Part shown: positions 27,168 to 36,289 of the stretch, piece after piece | How positions within the stretch are numbered: position 1 is the stretch's first letter | How the letters are laid out: every line of letters begins with the position of its first letter | IMG/VR virus record: IMGVR_UViG_3300042569_003487 | Span: 1 to 64,000 of that record | Reading direction: 5' to 3' (one strand) | From: a virus | Length of the DNA stretch: 64,000 bases | The notes under the pieces: model-generated | What the model saw: only the letters and a program-made list of their open reading frames with translations | The model's database searches: none | What the model was told of the DNA's origin: nothing | Translations under genes and position numbers: made by a program

Positions 27168-27350
27168 CTAAGAAGTCTTATGTTTTTCTCTAAAAAATAA
27201 AAAATAAAGTCCAAAAAAGAATGCCGATAGGCAATAGAAAATAGCGTCCGTAATCCAATAAGAACCGGTCCATTTCATAATTAGAGCAAATAGGGCATCG
27301 AAACCAAGAGGGTTGAAGAAAGTCGCCAGGATCAGGATCCAAGTCCCCAT
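27168..27350 (-). CDS. small membrane protein
   Basis: Hydrophobic FFNPLGFDALF...WTGSYW; start moved to MGTWIL. Confidence 0.5.
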   Translation of the reverse strand: MGTWILILATFFNPLGFDALFALIMKWTGSYWITDAIFYCLSAFFFGLYFLFFREKHKTS

Positions 27351-27477
27351 GATCTTTCTCTTCTTTTGTTTTAATTTGGCAAATACTATCACTATCCATG
27401 GTGTTAGGAATTTTCTCAGCTGAAAAAATTGATTAGTTGAGTAAACTGAGGATCGTTAAATCTTAATTATTTATTAA

Positions 27478-27711
27478 CTACCACTTGGGTTCGGGTAAAG
27501 GGCACGATTCATCCTTAGTTGCGGTCTTTGCAAAAATAAAACAGCCACATTCTCCACATTGACCGGAGTCGGCTAGGAATTTTTCGCAATCATAACAAAT
27601 ATTCAAGCGATTAGTTCGAATATCATCACCGACAAATAACTCATCAAATATCCCTTTAAGCTGAGTCCTAATTTCCTTTGATTTACAATTCTTGCAGTCG
27701 CTCATGTTCAA
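27478..27711 (-). CDS. Cys-rich small protein (DUF6171-like)
   Basis: CxxC...CxxC...CGECGC...CP...KW. Confidence 0.6.
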   Translation of the reverse strand: MNMSDCKNCKSKEIRTQLKGIFDELFVGDDIRTNRLNICYDCEKFLADSGQCGECGCFIFAKTATKDESCPLPEPKW

Positions 27712-28642
27712 ACGGAATATAATTTTCTAATAGAGTATTATACTGTTCTCTGTATTTTAGAACAGCAAGATCTTTGGCTTTTGCTTCAACTTCAATGTCT
27801 AACACTAATCCATAAGGATTAATTTGTTCATAGATATAATCTGCATGAGATCTAGCAATAACTGAAGAATCTTCAAATGTTTTCTTTGAACTTGAATAGT
27901 GTGTTAGCGGAGTGCAAGGCCAAGTTGAAGCTGCAAGAGTTAGAGCATCCTCTTCAGTTAATCCACTGGTATTAAATCGGTGGTGGTGAAAATCAAATGT
28001 GATAGGTGTTCCAATCCTTGCAGTAATTAAATCATAGAGATCTTGAACTGAATATTGTGTAGCCTTATCATCATTTTCTACAACCAGTCGGTTTTGGGCA
28101 GATTTGCTAAGTAGTTTAAAATTTTGACAAAATCTATCAGCAGCCGCTTCTTTATCACCGTAAGTTCCGCCTACGTGAATATTAACTGGAAATCTATGGT
28201 CATTTGGTAATCCCATTAGATCCATAATTTCAGAATGCTGATTTAAATCTTTGATAGTTTTTGTAACAACGCTTGGAGTTGGCGAAGGTAAAACATCAAA
28301 CTGACCAGGGTGCATTGATAATCTAATATTATTTGCAAGTACAAATTCTCCAATTGCCTGCATGTCGGGTAGAATTTCCTGAAAATTTGGCAATTGAGTA
28401 ATTTCATATTCTGACATCCATGGAAAAACATCGCTAGACATACGATAAACATAAATGTCATTTGCAACATTCCATTTTAAGATCGTAAGAATATCCTTGA
28501 TATTTTGATGGGCCAACTCGCCACAGTATTGAATACCCTTTTGTTGAAAGGTTTTCTTAATCATACCACGATTTGCAGTAACCTTTCTATCTAGTGATAG
28601 GTTAATACAGCAATATCCAAGACGAGTTGTTTCATTTATCAT
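27683..28642 (-). CDS. uvsE: UV-damage endonuclease
   Basis: RLGYCCIN, YRMSS, SMHPGQF, HVGG, ENDD, DFHHH, HADY, EAKAKD. Confidence 0.93.
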   Translation of the reverse strand: MINETTRLGYCCINLSLDRKVTANRGMIKKTFQQKGIQYCGELAHQNIKDILTILKWNVANDIYVYRMSSDVFPWMSEYEITQLPNFQEILPDMQAIGEFVLANNIRLSMHPGQFDVLPSPTPSVVTKTIKDLNQHSEIMDLMGLPNDHRFPVNIHVGGTYGDKEAAADRFCQNFKLLSKSAQNRLVVENDDKATQYSVQDLYDLITARIGTPITFDFHHHRFNTSGLTEEDALTLAASTWPCTPLTHYSSSKKTFEDSSVIARSHADYIYEQINPYGLVLDIEVEAKAKDLAVLKYREQYNTLLENYIPFEHERLQEL

Positions 28643-28654
28643 AGATCTAATATA

Positions 28655-28873
28655 CTAAATAATTTTCATTTTTGTGAGCTCTTCACACTTTTCAAATTCT
28701 TCTTGCCCTTCAAAATAAACTATCATTTCTTTTAAGAGGTCTTCTTTTTCCTTTTCATCAAATGGAATATCATCTGGCCATGTAAAATCGTTGGATGCAA
28801 GGTGTTTATACATTTCTTCCATCATATCAATGTACATGCTTTCTAGAGCAGCTTTATAATCAATAACTCGCAT
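28655..28873 (-). CDS. small protein with UVR-like motif
   Basis: YFEGQEEFEKCEEL. Confidence 0.55.
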   Translation of the reverse strand: MRVIDYKAALESMYIDMMEEMYKHLASNDFTWPDDIPFDEKEKEDLLKEMIVYFEGQEEFEKCEELTKMKII

Positions 28874-29483
28874 TCTGATAATTATTTGTAGCTTTACGAA
28901 TTACTTCAATTACATCGATTGCATCGTCTAATCCATCATGAGTAACATGATTTTCTAATCCAATTCTCTCTTTACACTTTCCTAAACCTGGCAAAGACTG
29001 ATCAGTTTTCCAATCGGTAACAAGTACAGCTGGATCAATAATTCGGTTTCTAATTTTAACTTTAGTGTTCCAAGTTGGAATTAGGGTCTCTAGCCAAACT
29101 TTATCAAACGATGCAAAGTTTTTTCCGGCCGCATTAATAATAACCCTGTCTCCATCAACTTCACAACCATGAAAAGCGGCCCAACTTGCAAATGCAGTAG
29201 CTACCATTTGTGGAGTTAAGATATTGTGTTTTTTACGATATTCACCTCGTTCTTCTCTTGGAATTTTTTCCATGCCAGCAATAATCTCAATAAGATTCAT
29301 GTTCATGTTAATTGCAAAGGCTGACCCTGAATAGTGTGGATGCTCAATTACACAATTAAATTTAGGTAATTCTGAAATTGGCTTAACTTCATTTGTGTCT
29401 TCAATTACTGCACCAATTTGTAGTATTTGACAGTTTTGTGGGTCTAACCCAGTAGTTTCCAAATCAATTGATATGTACTTCAT
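28860..29483 (-). CDS. DEDDh 3'-5' exonuclease
   Basis: IDLETTG, GKNFASFD, THDGLDD. Confidence 0.85.
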   Translation of the reverse strand: MKYISIDLETTGLDPQNCQILQIGAVIEDTNEVKPISELPKFNCVIEHPHYSGSAFAINMNMNLIEIIAGMEKIPREERGEYRKKHNILTPQMVATAFASWAAFHGCEVDGDRVIINAAGKNFASFDKVWLETLIPTWNTKVKIRNRIIDPAVLVTDWKTDQSLPGLGKCKERIGLENHVTHDGLDDAIDVIEVIRKATNNYQNASY

Positions 29484-29506
29484 TTCTTACGTTTTATTAT
29501 ATTATA

Positions 29507-29917
29507 CTAATCTAAGATATCCCATGGCAAATCATCATCCTGAATAGGAGTAGACTTTTTAGGCGTACTCGGAGCATCTCCAAATAAGTCATTCATAATT
29601 TCATCATCAGTCATATCTTGCTCGTCTAAAATATTATTAGATTTTGCAATATGAATTTGAGTTGCTTCAATTGTATTGAAATATTTGATTTGGCCGCTAG
29701 GACTTTCCCATTTACGACCGGCTAATTTATAGCCAACTTGAATTTGATCTCCAGGTTTTGCAAAATCTAGCATTTCGCATTTTTCTTGGATTGCAACAAA
29801 TGTTACATACTGTGGGTACTTATCATTAGTCCCGACTACAAATTCTCTTTTTTTGAATTTGGCTGATACAAATTGAGTATCATCTACATTAATTAGGGTT
29901 CCGTTAAAGGTTGACAT
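29507..29917 (-). CDS. DUF3127 OB-fold ssDNA-binding-like protein
   Basis: FKKREFVV...YPQ...GRKW...KYFN; acidic DDDLPW tail. Confidence 0.8.
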   Translation of the reverse strand: MSTFNGTLINVDDTQFVSAKFKKREFVVGTNDKYPQYVTFVAIQEKCEMLDFAKPGDQIQVGYKLAGRKWESPSGQIKYFNTIEATQIHIAKSNNILDEQDMTDDEIMNDLFGDAPSTPKKSTPIQDDDLPWDILD

Positions 29918-29918
29918 A

Positions 29919-30395
29919 TTAAAAGTTTGGGTTTGTTATTTTTAAATCGTAATCTGAAAATCCAGCAAATAACTCTCTATCTGCTTGAAGTCTTGCATCA
30001 ACTGTGTGGCCTGGCATAACTCTTTCTTCAAGTCGAGTTTTTCTAATTTCTTCTTCAATATCAAAGAATATTACAAATGATTTTGCACGATCTTCTTCAG
30101 AAAGATGAGACAGTCCGCTTGGGGTCATAATAAAAACATCATCTCTATAAAACTGTTTAAGAGTAGTGCCGTATGACCAACCATTAAAATCAATTACTTC
30201 ATAAAATTCATCTTCATCTTTCATTGATTGACACTGGTCTTGACTAAGAAAGAAATAATCCTTGCCGTCCTTTTCGCCTGGTCTTGGTGGACGTGTTGTA
30301 TAACTTACGGCGTAAGTCATGCCTCTTTCTTCGAGGCGTTTTCTCATGAAATCTTTACCTGATGCACCAGGTCCTACTAAAATAATTCTTGGCAT
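29919..30395 (-). CDS. gmk: guanylate kinase
   Basis: GPGASGKD P-loop, TTRPPRPGEKDGKDYFF, YGT. Confidence 0.9.
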   Translation of the reverse strand: MPRIILVGPGASGKDFMRKRLEERGMTYAVSYTTRPPRPGEKDGKDYFFLSQDQCQSMKDEDEFYEVIDFNGWSYGTTLKQFYRDDVFIMTPSGLSHLSEEDRAKSFVIFFDIEEEIRKTRLEERVMPGHTVDARLQADRELFAGFSDYDLKITNPNF

Positions 30396-31690
30396 TATAT
30401 TGTTCTTGTTTTTTCGTAAATTGCTTTAATAACTGGAAATCTTAAAGAGTGCTGACCGTGCTGGTCAGTTGTTTCTTCAAAATATTGAACAGTGATTGTT
30501 TTACCTAAAATTTGATCTGGGTTTTTATAAAATTGACGGCGCTGTTCAATTGAAAAACCTGAACCAACTCTAACTTGATTTCCTTTATGTGTAATAAAAA
30601 TATTTCCAAGCATTTCTTCTTCAATCTCTCGGCCATCTTCGATAACTCTGTGAGTTGAGTTTTCAACACCTTCTACAATATATTCTGCATCCCAAAATTT
30701 CTTGACTTTAAGGATTTCATCGCTACGTTTTCCAATATATTGTGTGTCTTTTCTTAGCATTAGACCCTCCCAACCTTGAGCAGTCGAATTAGTAATTTCA
30801 GTTTGTAGCTGCTCTTCTGATTCAATCAAAGTTTGTTTTAAGATTGTAGTATTTTTTAAGTCAATTCCACTAAATATTAAAGCAGCAATTGTAATTCGAT
30901 CCTTAAAGGTTCTATCAGTTGAAGAAGTTTGAGTATTAAATTCCTCCAAGGTTAAGCAGTCAAATACCAAATACTTAGGATTTTTAATTGTATGGTTTTT
31001 GCGACCAATTTCTTTAATAATTCCTTGAAAATCTTCTTGACCCTCAGCATTCATCATACAAACCTCACCATCAAGAACAGTATCAATTAGGTTTAGTTTT
31101 TTAATGTCAGCCTTCAGCGTATCTAGAGTTAAAAACTCATTGCCGCCTCTAGAAAAGAATTTAATTTCGCCTGTCTCATCAATTATCGTAATGCAGCGGA
31201 CTCCATCTAGTTTACGACTCATATACCAATGATCTTCAAGCCTTACTTTCTTTTTGGTTTTATCGTCATATGGTAGAGCTAGCGCAACGTCAAATGTTGG
31301 AATAGTTCCTGGAAGAACTGAATTAATTAGAGTAGTTGTAGCACGAGTTTTTAGGTTGCGATCTAAGATACTATAGATCACTTCTGAGAACTCCAAATTC
31401 TTAGCTATAAATCCATTAACACAAGCAATTGCAGAGTTGCCAGTGACACGACGTTCATTCAGGTCGTCTAATAATTGGAACAAGTCATCGTAATTATCGA
31501 AGATAAGGTCCTGATGTTTCTTTAAGTTTGCTGGAGTAACATAGTATTGCTTAAATGGAGAATACGTATATTCCAGGATCTTTCTAAGAAATGGACTATC
31601 AAATTGACTAAGTACTGCTTTTTTATCATTAGTCGATGATGTTACATTCATCGATTCAATAAATTCCTGAATTTGCTTGAGATTTGTCAT
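30395..31690 (-). CDS. ATP-dependent DNA ligase
   Basis: RKLDGVR, LDGEV, FDCL, EGLML, LKVK, VGSGF, SLRFP; start moved to MTNLKQ. Confidence 0.93.
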   Translation of the reverse strand: MTNLKQIQEFIESMNVTSSTNDKKAVLSQFDSPFLRKILEYTYSPFKQYYVTPANLKKHQDLIFDNYDDLFQLLDDLNERRVTGNSAIACVNGFIAKNLEFSEVIYSILDRNLKTRATTTLINSVLPGTIPTFDVALALPYDDKTKKKVRLEDHWYMSRKLDGVRCITIIDETGEIKFFSRGGNEFLTLDTLKADIKKLNLIDTVLDGEVCMMNAEGQEDFQGIIKEIGRKNHTIKNPKYLVFDCLTLEEFNTQTSSTDRTFKDRITIAALIFSGIDLKNTTILKQTLIESEEQLQTEITNSTAQGWEGLMLRKDTQYIGKRSDEILKVKKFWDAEYIVEGVENSTHRVIEDGREIEEEMLGNIFITHKGNQVRVGSGFSIEQRRQFYKNPDQILGKTITVQYFEETTDQHGQHSLRFPVIKAIYEKTRTI

Positions 31691-31703
31691 ATACTTATTA
31701 TAC

Positions 31704-31731
31704 AAAAAAGGAGACCAATTTGGTCTCCTTT
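31704..31731 (-). terminator. rho-independent terminator
   Basis: AAAAAAGGAGACCA-ATT-TGGTCTCCTTT. Confidence 0.8.
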
Positions 31732-31755
31732 CGGCATATAAAAGACGCCAATAAA

Positions 31756-32271
31756 TTAGGCGGGAGTTTCCTCTGTTTTAGGAGCCTCGACTGGAGTTTC
31801 AAGAGCTTTAATTGCTTTATCCAACTCATGAACTTTTGAATAGGCACTGTTTAATTGGAAAGAAACTTTAAATAATGCTTGTGCATTATGCAAACCTGTG
31901 AATTTTGCTCTATTTAAAAAGTAAAGACACGATTCGATACAAGCGGCAGGTAATCTAACTGGGCTAACCTCAGAATTTTTACCTTCTCCTTTATGGTTTT
32001 CAATTTCTCCCAATAGCATGTTATGATTTTGTAGAATAACGAAAGCTTCGTTTGGTCCAGTAAATTCAACACTATTTTTTAAGAAATTTCTCAACCACTT
32101 AAGATCATCTTGCGTCATAGATGGAACATCAAAATGACCACGACGTTGTGCTTTAAGACTTTCGATTTCTGATAATTCTTGTTGAGGTTCAGTTACCTCG
32201 GTAGATTGATCCATAATCTGATCAACTTGTTCTAAAATTTGCTCTTCTTGAGTTACAGTTTCGTTTGACAT
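31756..32271 (-). CDS. hypothetical protein
   Basis: Start moved to MSNETV, downstream of GTATAAT at 32296. Confidence 0.6.
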   Translation of the reverse strand: MSNETVTQEEQILEQVDQIMDQSTEVTEPQQELSEIESLKAQRRGHFDVPSMTQDDLKWLRNFLKNSVEFTGPNEAFVILQNHNMLLGEIENHKGEGKNSEVSPVRLPAACIESCLYFLNRAKFTGLHNAQALFKVSFQLNSAYSKVHELDKAIKALETPVEAPKTEETPA

Positions 32272-32308
32272 AAATATCTTTGTTTTTGTTAAGATATTAT
32301 ACCAAACT

Positions 32309-32791
32309 CTATTCGATAGTTTCAATTAAACGTTGAGCAATTATCTGTTGAGATCTTGATAATTTTTCAACTGCTTCTTGGAATGGAATAAATCCAGCCC
32401 AATCTACCTCCTCGGCTTGTAGTTGTTCTTTAGGTAATTTAGGCGAATCGAGGCCAATTTGTTCAAGACTCTCAATGTGTACCTCAAAATAAGCGCAGCG
32501 ACTGTGAGGAATACCGCGACGGTAAAATACAAAATATTTCTCATTTTTATCAATTAGTTCTGGATCTACCGTAACCCCGGTCTCTTCTCTAGTTTCACGA
32601 ATTGCGCAAGTTAAAAGATCTTCACCTAGTTCAATTCCTCCTTTAGGAATTCCAAAAGGTTGATTTTTCCAACTTGCATTTGATGGATGAATTAATAAAA
32701 GCTTTCCTTCCCAGATAATAGCGAGGCCGGCTGCTCTAATTTCAAGCTGCTTTTCGCTTTCTGCTAAATAGTCTGTGAAGGTAAAAATCAT
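32309..32791 (-). CDS. NUDIX hydrolase with CTS-like leader
   Basis: Nudix box GGIELGEDLLTCAIRETREETG; leader MIFTFTDYLAE-S. Confidence 0.9.
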   Translation of the reverse strand: MIFTFTDYLAESEKQLEIRAAGLAIIWEGKLLLIHPSNASWKNQPFGIPKGGIELGEDLLTCAIRETREETGVTVDPELIDKNEKYFVFYRRGIPHSRCAYFEVHIESLEQIGLDSPKLPKEQLQAEEVDWAGFIPFQEAVEKLSRSQQIIAQRLIETIE

Positions 32792-32982
32792 TTATTATTT
32801 ACATCTCGCTTTTTTTGAATGTACTTTGCTTTATTAATTTCAGAACGACGCTTTACACTAGGCTTTTCGAATTCTTTACGGTCACGTAAGTTTTGTAATT
32901 GCTTAGTGTCAATAACCTTTCGCTTAAGTATTTTTAGAGCTCGCTCTAATGAGTCTGAATTTTTTATATCAATAATTAGCAT
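32788..32982 (-). CDS. rpsU: ribosomal protein bS21 (Bacteroidetes type)
   Basis: MLIIDIK...LERALK..KRK...F.KPS..RR...AKYIQ; start moved to MLIID (64 aa). Confidence 0.9.
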   Translation of the reverse strand: MLIIDIKNSDSLERALKILKRKVIDTKQLQNLRDRKEFEKPSVKRRSEINKAKYIQKKRDVNNK

Positions 32983-32986
32983 TAAC

Positions 32987-34597
32987 TTAAATTTGTTTAA
33001 AGTCAACATCAATTAAATCATAATTAACTGAATAAAAATCATCTTCTAGGATTACCGCAGATTCAAATTTTGTTCCAATTAATTCTTGGGCCATTACCCC
33101 TTGATAATATCCCTCTTTATCTTTATATTTAAATGAATAAATGTTTAGACCGCTTTCTGACGTACCTATTAAATTAATATCGTCCTTTAGTCTAGAGTCC
33201 GACATAATTCCACCAACGGCTGGGTCATTGGGGTTAGATTGAGTAACTTTTGCTGGTGCAGCTGGTATGCTACTTAGAGCCTTTTCTAAAACATCTCCAC
33301 CTAATGCATTCAAATCTGATACAGCCTTAAACCAAGCCTCATCGCCAGAACCCTTTCCACCATCTGCTTCAAGCGCACTAATCGGAAAAGACTTTCCATT
33401 TGTCGATTGGAGTGGAGAAATATATTTTTCATAAGTCGACTTCCACTCTGAACTAACTTCTCCTAATATGTAATCGCTTAGACTTAAACTATTTGGAATA
33501 TTAATACCAGCAGTTTTAGCATAACCGTTAAGAGTATTTAGAGCAGATTGTCTTAGTCCTATTAATATTGCATAAAATGCTTGGGCTTCAGATGTATCAA
33601 AATTTGTACTGGACATGGCCTTTTCTACTTTATATGAGATGTAGTCATAACCAGAGGTAAATGTTGCATCCTTTGCAGGATCTCCTTTCTTACCTACTAC
33701 AGAATTACCTAAGTCTGCGATTGAGGCAAATGGCACAGAATCTATTCCGGGCGCAAACTGTGAATATATTTTATTTGTAACTGGCCAATACCCAGCTGTG
33801 TATTTACGAAGTGAGCTAGCATCAATTGTCATATCTTTTTTATTAATAAAGCCAGCCGGCTTAGTAAACACTTCGTAACCTTTACTTTCTAATTTGGTTT
33901 TAATTAAAGAGTATAGAGCCGGGCTCTCTGTTTTTAAATTAAACATTCTCATATAAAAATACCAAGATAGGTTGATACTTCTTCTTGAAAAGGAAGATAC
34001 TACTGCATTTAATTCAAGCTCACTACTTGGAACAACGCTTACATTAGTCTTTTCAATTTTACCGGTTGCTAAATCTATAATCTCAGACTGTCCGCCCAGT
34101 CCAGTTATTGTAAGCTTGCCGCTACCAATTGTATAAGTTCCACTATACAAATACGGAATATCCGTTGCAGACTTTTTCCAGTGAACTATTACTTCCTGTC
34201 CGCCTTCTGTTTTAAAAATATATTCTTTATCAGTTTTAACTGGAGTTTTACTTGTAGGAGAATATACTTCTCCACCAGTCGAAGTCCATGCTACAGCCCA
34301 AGGCCAAGGTTCTTTAATAGTTTTATCTGTTCCAACTTTAACTCCATCTTGATCATGTAGAATACTGCCTGGTAATTTCAATAGAGATACCCACGGCTCC
34401 TTATCTTTAAGTTCAGAGCGAGTGTCAGTAGGAGCGGGATCAGTATCAGTATCTGTGTTAGTATCATCCTTTCTAGTTCTCCTCCCTTTACCGTCAGCTG
34501 GTTGTGTAGTTGGAGTAGTAATAGTTCCACTTTGAAGAGCGCTAAGATCAGGTGGACCTTGCTCTAATAAAATAGATATCGATTTAATTTTCTTCAT
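32987..34597 (-). CDS. virion protein with CTS-like leader and C-terminal intramolecular-chaperone (peptidase S74-like) domain
   Basis: MKKIKSISILLE-Q; SDSRLKDDI...IYSFKY...GVMAQEL...VNY. Confidence 0.7.
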   Translation of the reverse strand: MKKIKSISILLEQGPPDLSALQSGTITTPTTQPADGKGRRTRKDDTNTDTDTDPAPTDTRSELKDKEPWVSLLKLPGSILHDQDGVKVGTDKTIKEPWPWAVAWTSTGGEVYSPTSKTPVKTDKEYIFKTEGGQEVIVHWKKSATDIPYLYSGTYTIGSGKLTITGLGGQSEIIDLATGKIEKTNVSVVPSSELELNAVVSSFSRRSINLSWYFYMRMFNLKTESPALYSLIKTKLESKGYEVFTKPAGFINKKDMTIDASSLRKYTAGYWPVTNKIYSQFAPGIDSVPFASIADLGNSVVGKKGDPAKDATFTSGYDYISYKVEKAMSSTNFDTSEAQAFYAILIGLRQSALNTLNGYAKTAGINIPNSLSLSDYILGEVSSEWKSTYEKYISPLQSTNGKSFPISALEADGGKGSGDEAWFKAVSDLNALGGDVLEKALSSIPAAPAKVTQSNPNDPAVGGIMSDSRLKDDINLIGTSESGLNIYSFKYKDKEGYYQGVMAQELIGTKFESAVILEDDFYSVNYDLIDVDFKQI

Positions 34598-34616
34598 TTT
34601 AATAAAATTTTATTAT

Positions 34617-36287
34617 TTATGCCTTTTTATAATATTCAGTTCGGTAAAATGTAATAGCTTGTGCTAAATCATTATCCCATCCAAAGCCCTTTTTAACTAA
34701 ATCTATGTCAGCTTGGATTGGTCCAGTTATCGATCCGGTCTTTCTCTTAGACATGGCTAGTAAATCAGCGGCAGTTGGGACTCTATTTAAAGTCGGTTGG
34801 CCAGAAATAGGAGATTTAGTTTGTTTATCTAGTAAAATTAAACGTAAAATTCCAAGGGCCGAATGTATTCCAGTAAAGTTTGGCGTAAAAATCTTAGCTG
34901 TTCCATCTGCATTAAATGCACCAATGTTAGATGTATCAAATTCAAGAATAATATTTCCGGTGCTATCAGTTGCCTTCCATGCAGAGGCGTTCTTAAAAGA
35001 ATCTCCAGCCGCAGTAACTAAGCCTGATGAAAAGGTTGGGTGTAATTTATTATTTACAAATATATCTGCATCAGTATAACCAGTACCTTTTAAAATTTCA
35101 ATAAGTTCCTGTTCATTTTCGATGCTAGTTGGTCCAGCTAAGCGTGCTGTTTGCTTTTTCTTCTTTGCAGCCAGTGTAGCTTGATCCATAGCCGAACCTT
35201 GTCCAGCAGCAGGTTGACCCGAAGCAGGCTGTCCGCCTGCCGGTGCGGCAGAAGCAGCGGCTGTTACCGAATCAATAAAAGTTTTTAGTGTTGGATATGT
35301 ATCAGTTTCAACCTCTGATCTTGGAATTAGCCCGTTATTTACTGCATAAATTAACCAAACTGACATAATTGAAACCAATTGAGTTTTTGTTAGTTTATCT
35401 AAATCGTATGATGGACCAACTTTATAATCAGGATCTCCGGATTTATTTAAGATCTCAGTAAATGCAGACTTAATGTCAGGGGTATACGAATCAACTTGGC
35501 CTTTAACTAATGAATTTAGTGGACTTTGTGAACTAAAAAATTTACTAAGCACAAGCATAACTGGAGACATGTCTCCTATCTTAATTATTTCATTATCTTT
35601 TAGTAGTACATCTGGTGAAGCTGGATTTCTAAATGTACCATTGACGACTTTTGTAAAATACACCATACCGCCATTAGGTTTTCCACCAGGTCCGGCCTTT
35701 GGCATAATTGTATTTAATTCCATCATTGTAAGCTTGGAAGTAGATTGAGCCGAAGTTGTAGTTGAAGAAGTTGTAGAATTAGTTGAAGCTTTGCCAGAAG
35801 AATTTATAATATTTGCCAAATTTTGCTGGATTGACTCTCCGCTTTTTCTTGGCGTAGAAAGAACATGAAGGGCTGTAATATTATTTGAGCCAGTTTTTCC
35901 TAGTAATTGCTCTGGATTTACAGATTTTACCGAATCATCTGTTACATTTTTAAATATGTAAACGTGGCCCTCTATACGGTTTTTTCCTCCAAGAAGACCT
36001 GCCTTATTTGAAGGATCTGCTGAAATTCCAACGGCAGCTGGGCTAGACAAACTATTGATAGTTGTCTTGATTTGATTAGCATCGCCTTCAGTTGAATTTA
36101 TAATGTAATCTAAAATTGATTTAGGCGTAATAATTGAAGTAGACTTCTTAGGATAAGTATAAGAATATGCAAATCGCTTAGGCACAAGTCCATTTAATAA
36201 GTTATCTTCTGGACGACCTTCTAATTTAAATTTAACGTCTTCTTCTGCTTCAAGTATTAATTGGTTTAGACTAGTATAGTTTTTCAT
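34617..36287 (-). CDS. large virion-associated protein with CTS-like leader
   Basis: MKNYTSLNQLILE-A; S/T-rich and AGGQP linkers. Confidence 0.55.
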   Translation of the reverse strand: MKNYTSLNQLILEAEEDVKFKLEGRPEDNLLNGLVPKRFAYSYTYPKKSTSIITPKSILDYIINSTEGDANQIKTTINSLSSPAAVGISADPSNKAGLLGGKNRIEGHVYIFKNVTDDSVKSVNPEQLLGKTGSNNITALHVLSTPRKSGESIQQNLANIINSSGKASTNSTTSSTTTSAQSTSKLTMMELNTIMPKAGPGGKPNGGMVYFTKVVNGTFRNPASPDVLLKDNEIIKIGDMSPVMLVLSKFFSSQSPLNSLVKGQVDSYTPDIKSAFTEILNKSGDPDYKVGPSYDLDKLTKTQLVSIMSVWLIYAVNNGLIPRSEVETDTYPTLKTFIDSVTAAASAAPAGGQPASGQPAAGQGSAMDQATLAAKKKKQTARLAGPTSIENEQELIEILKGTGYTDADIFVNNKLHPTFSSGLVTAAGDSFKNASAWKATDSTGNIILEFDTSNIGAFNADGTAKIFTPNFTGIHSALGILRLILLDKQTKSPISGQPTLNRVPTAADLLAMSKRKTGSITGPIQADIDLVKKGFGWDNDLAQAITFYRTEYYKKA

Positions 36288-36289
36288 AA

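Noticed and set aside
27190-27399. Alternative-frame ORF
   Set aside because: Overlaps the more plausible hydrophobic ORF 27168..27350 on the same strand
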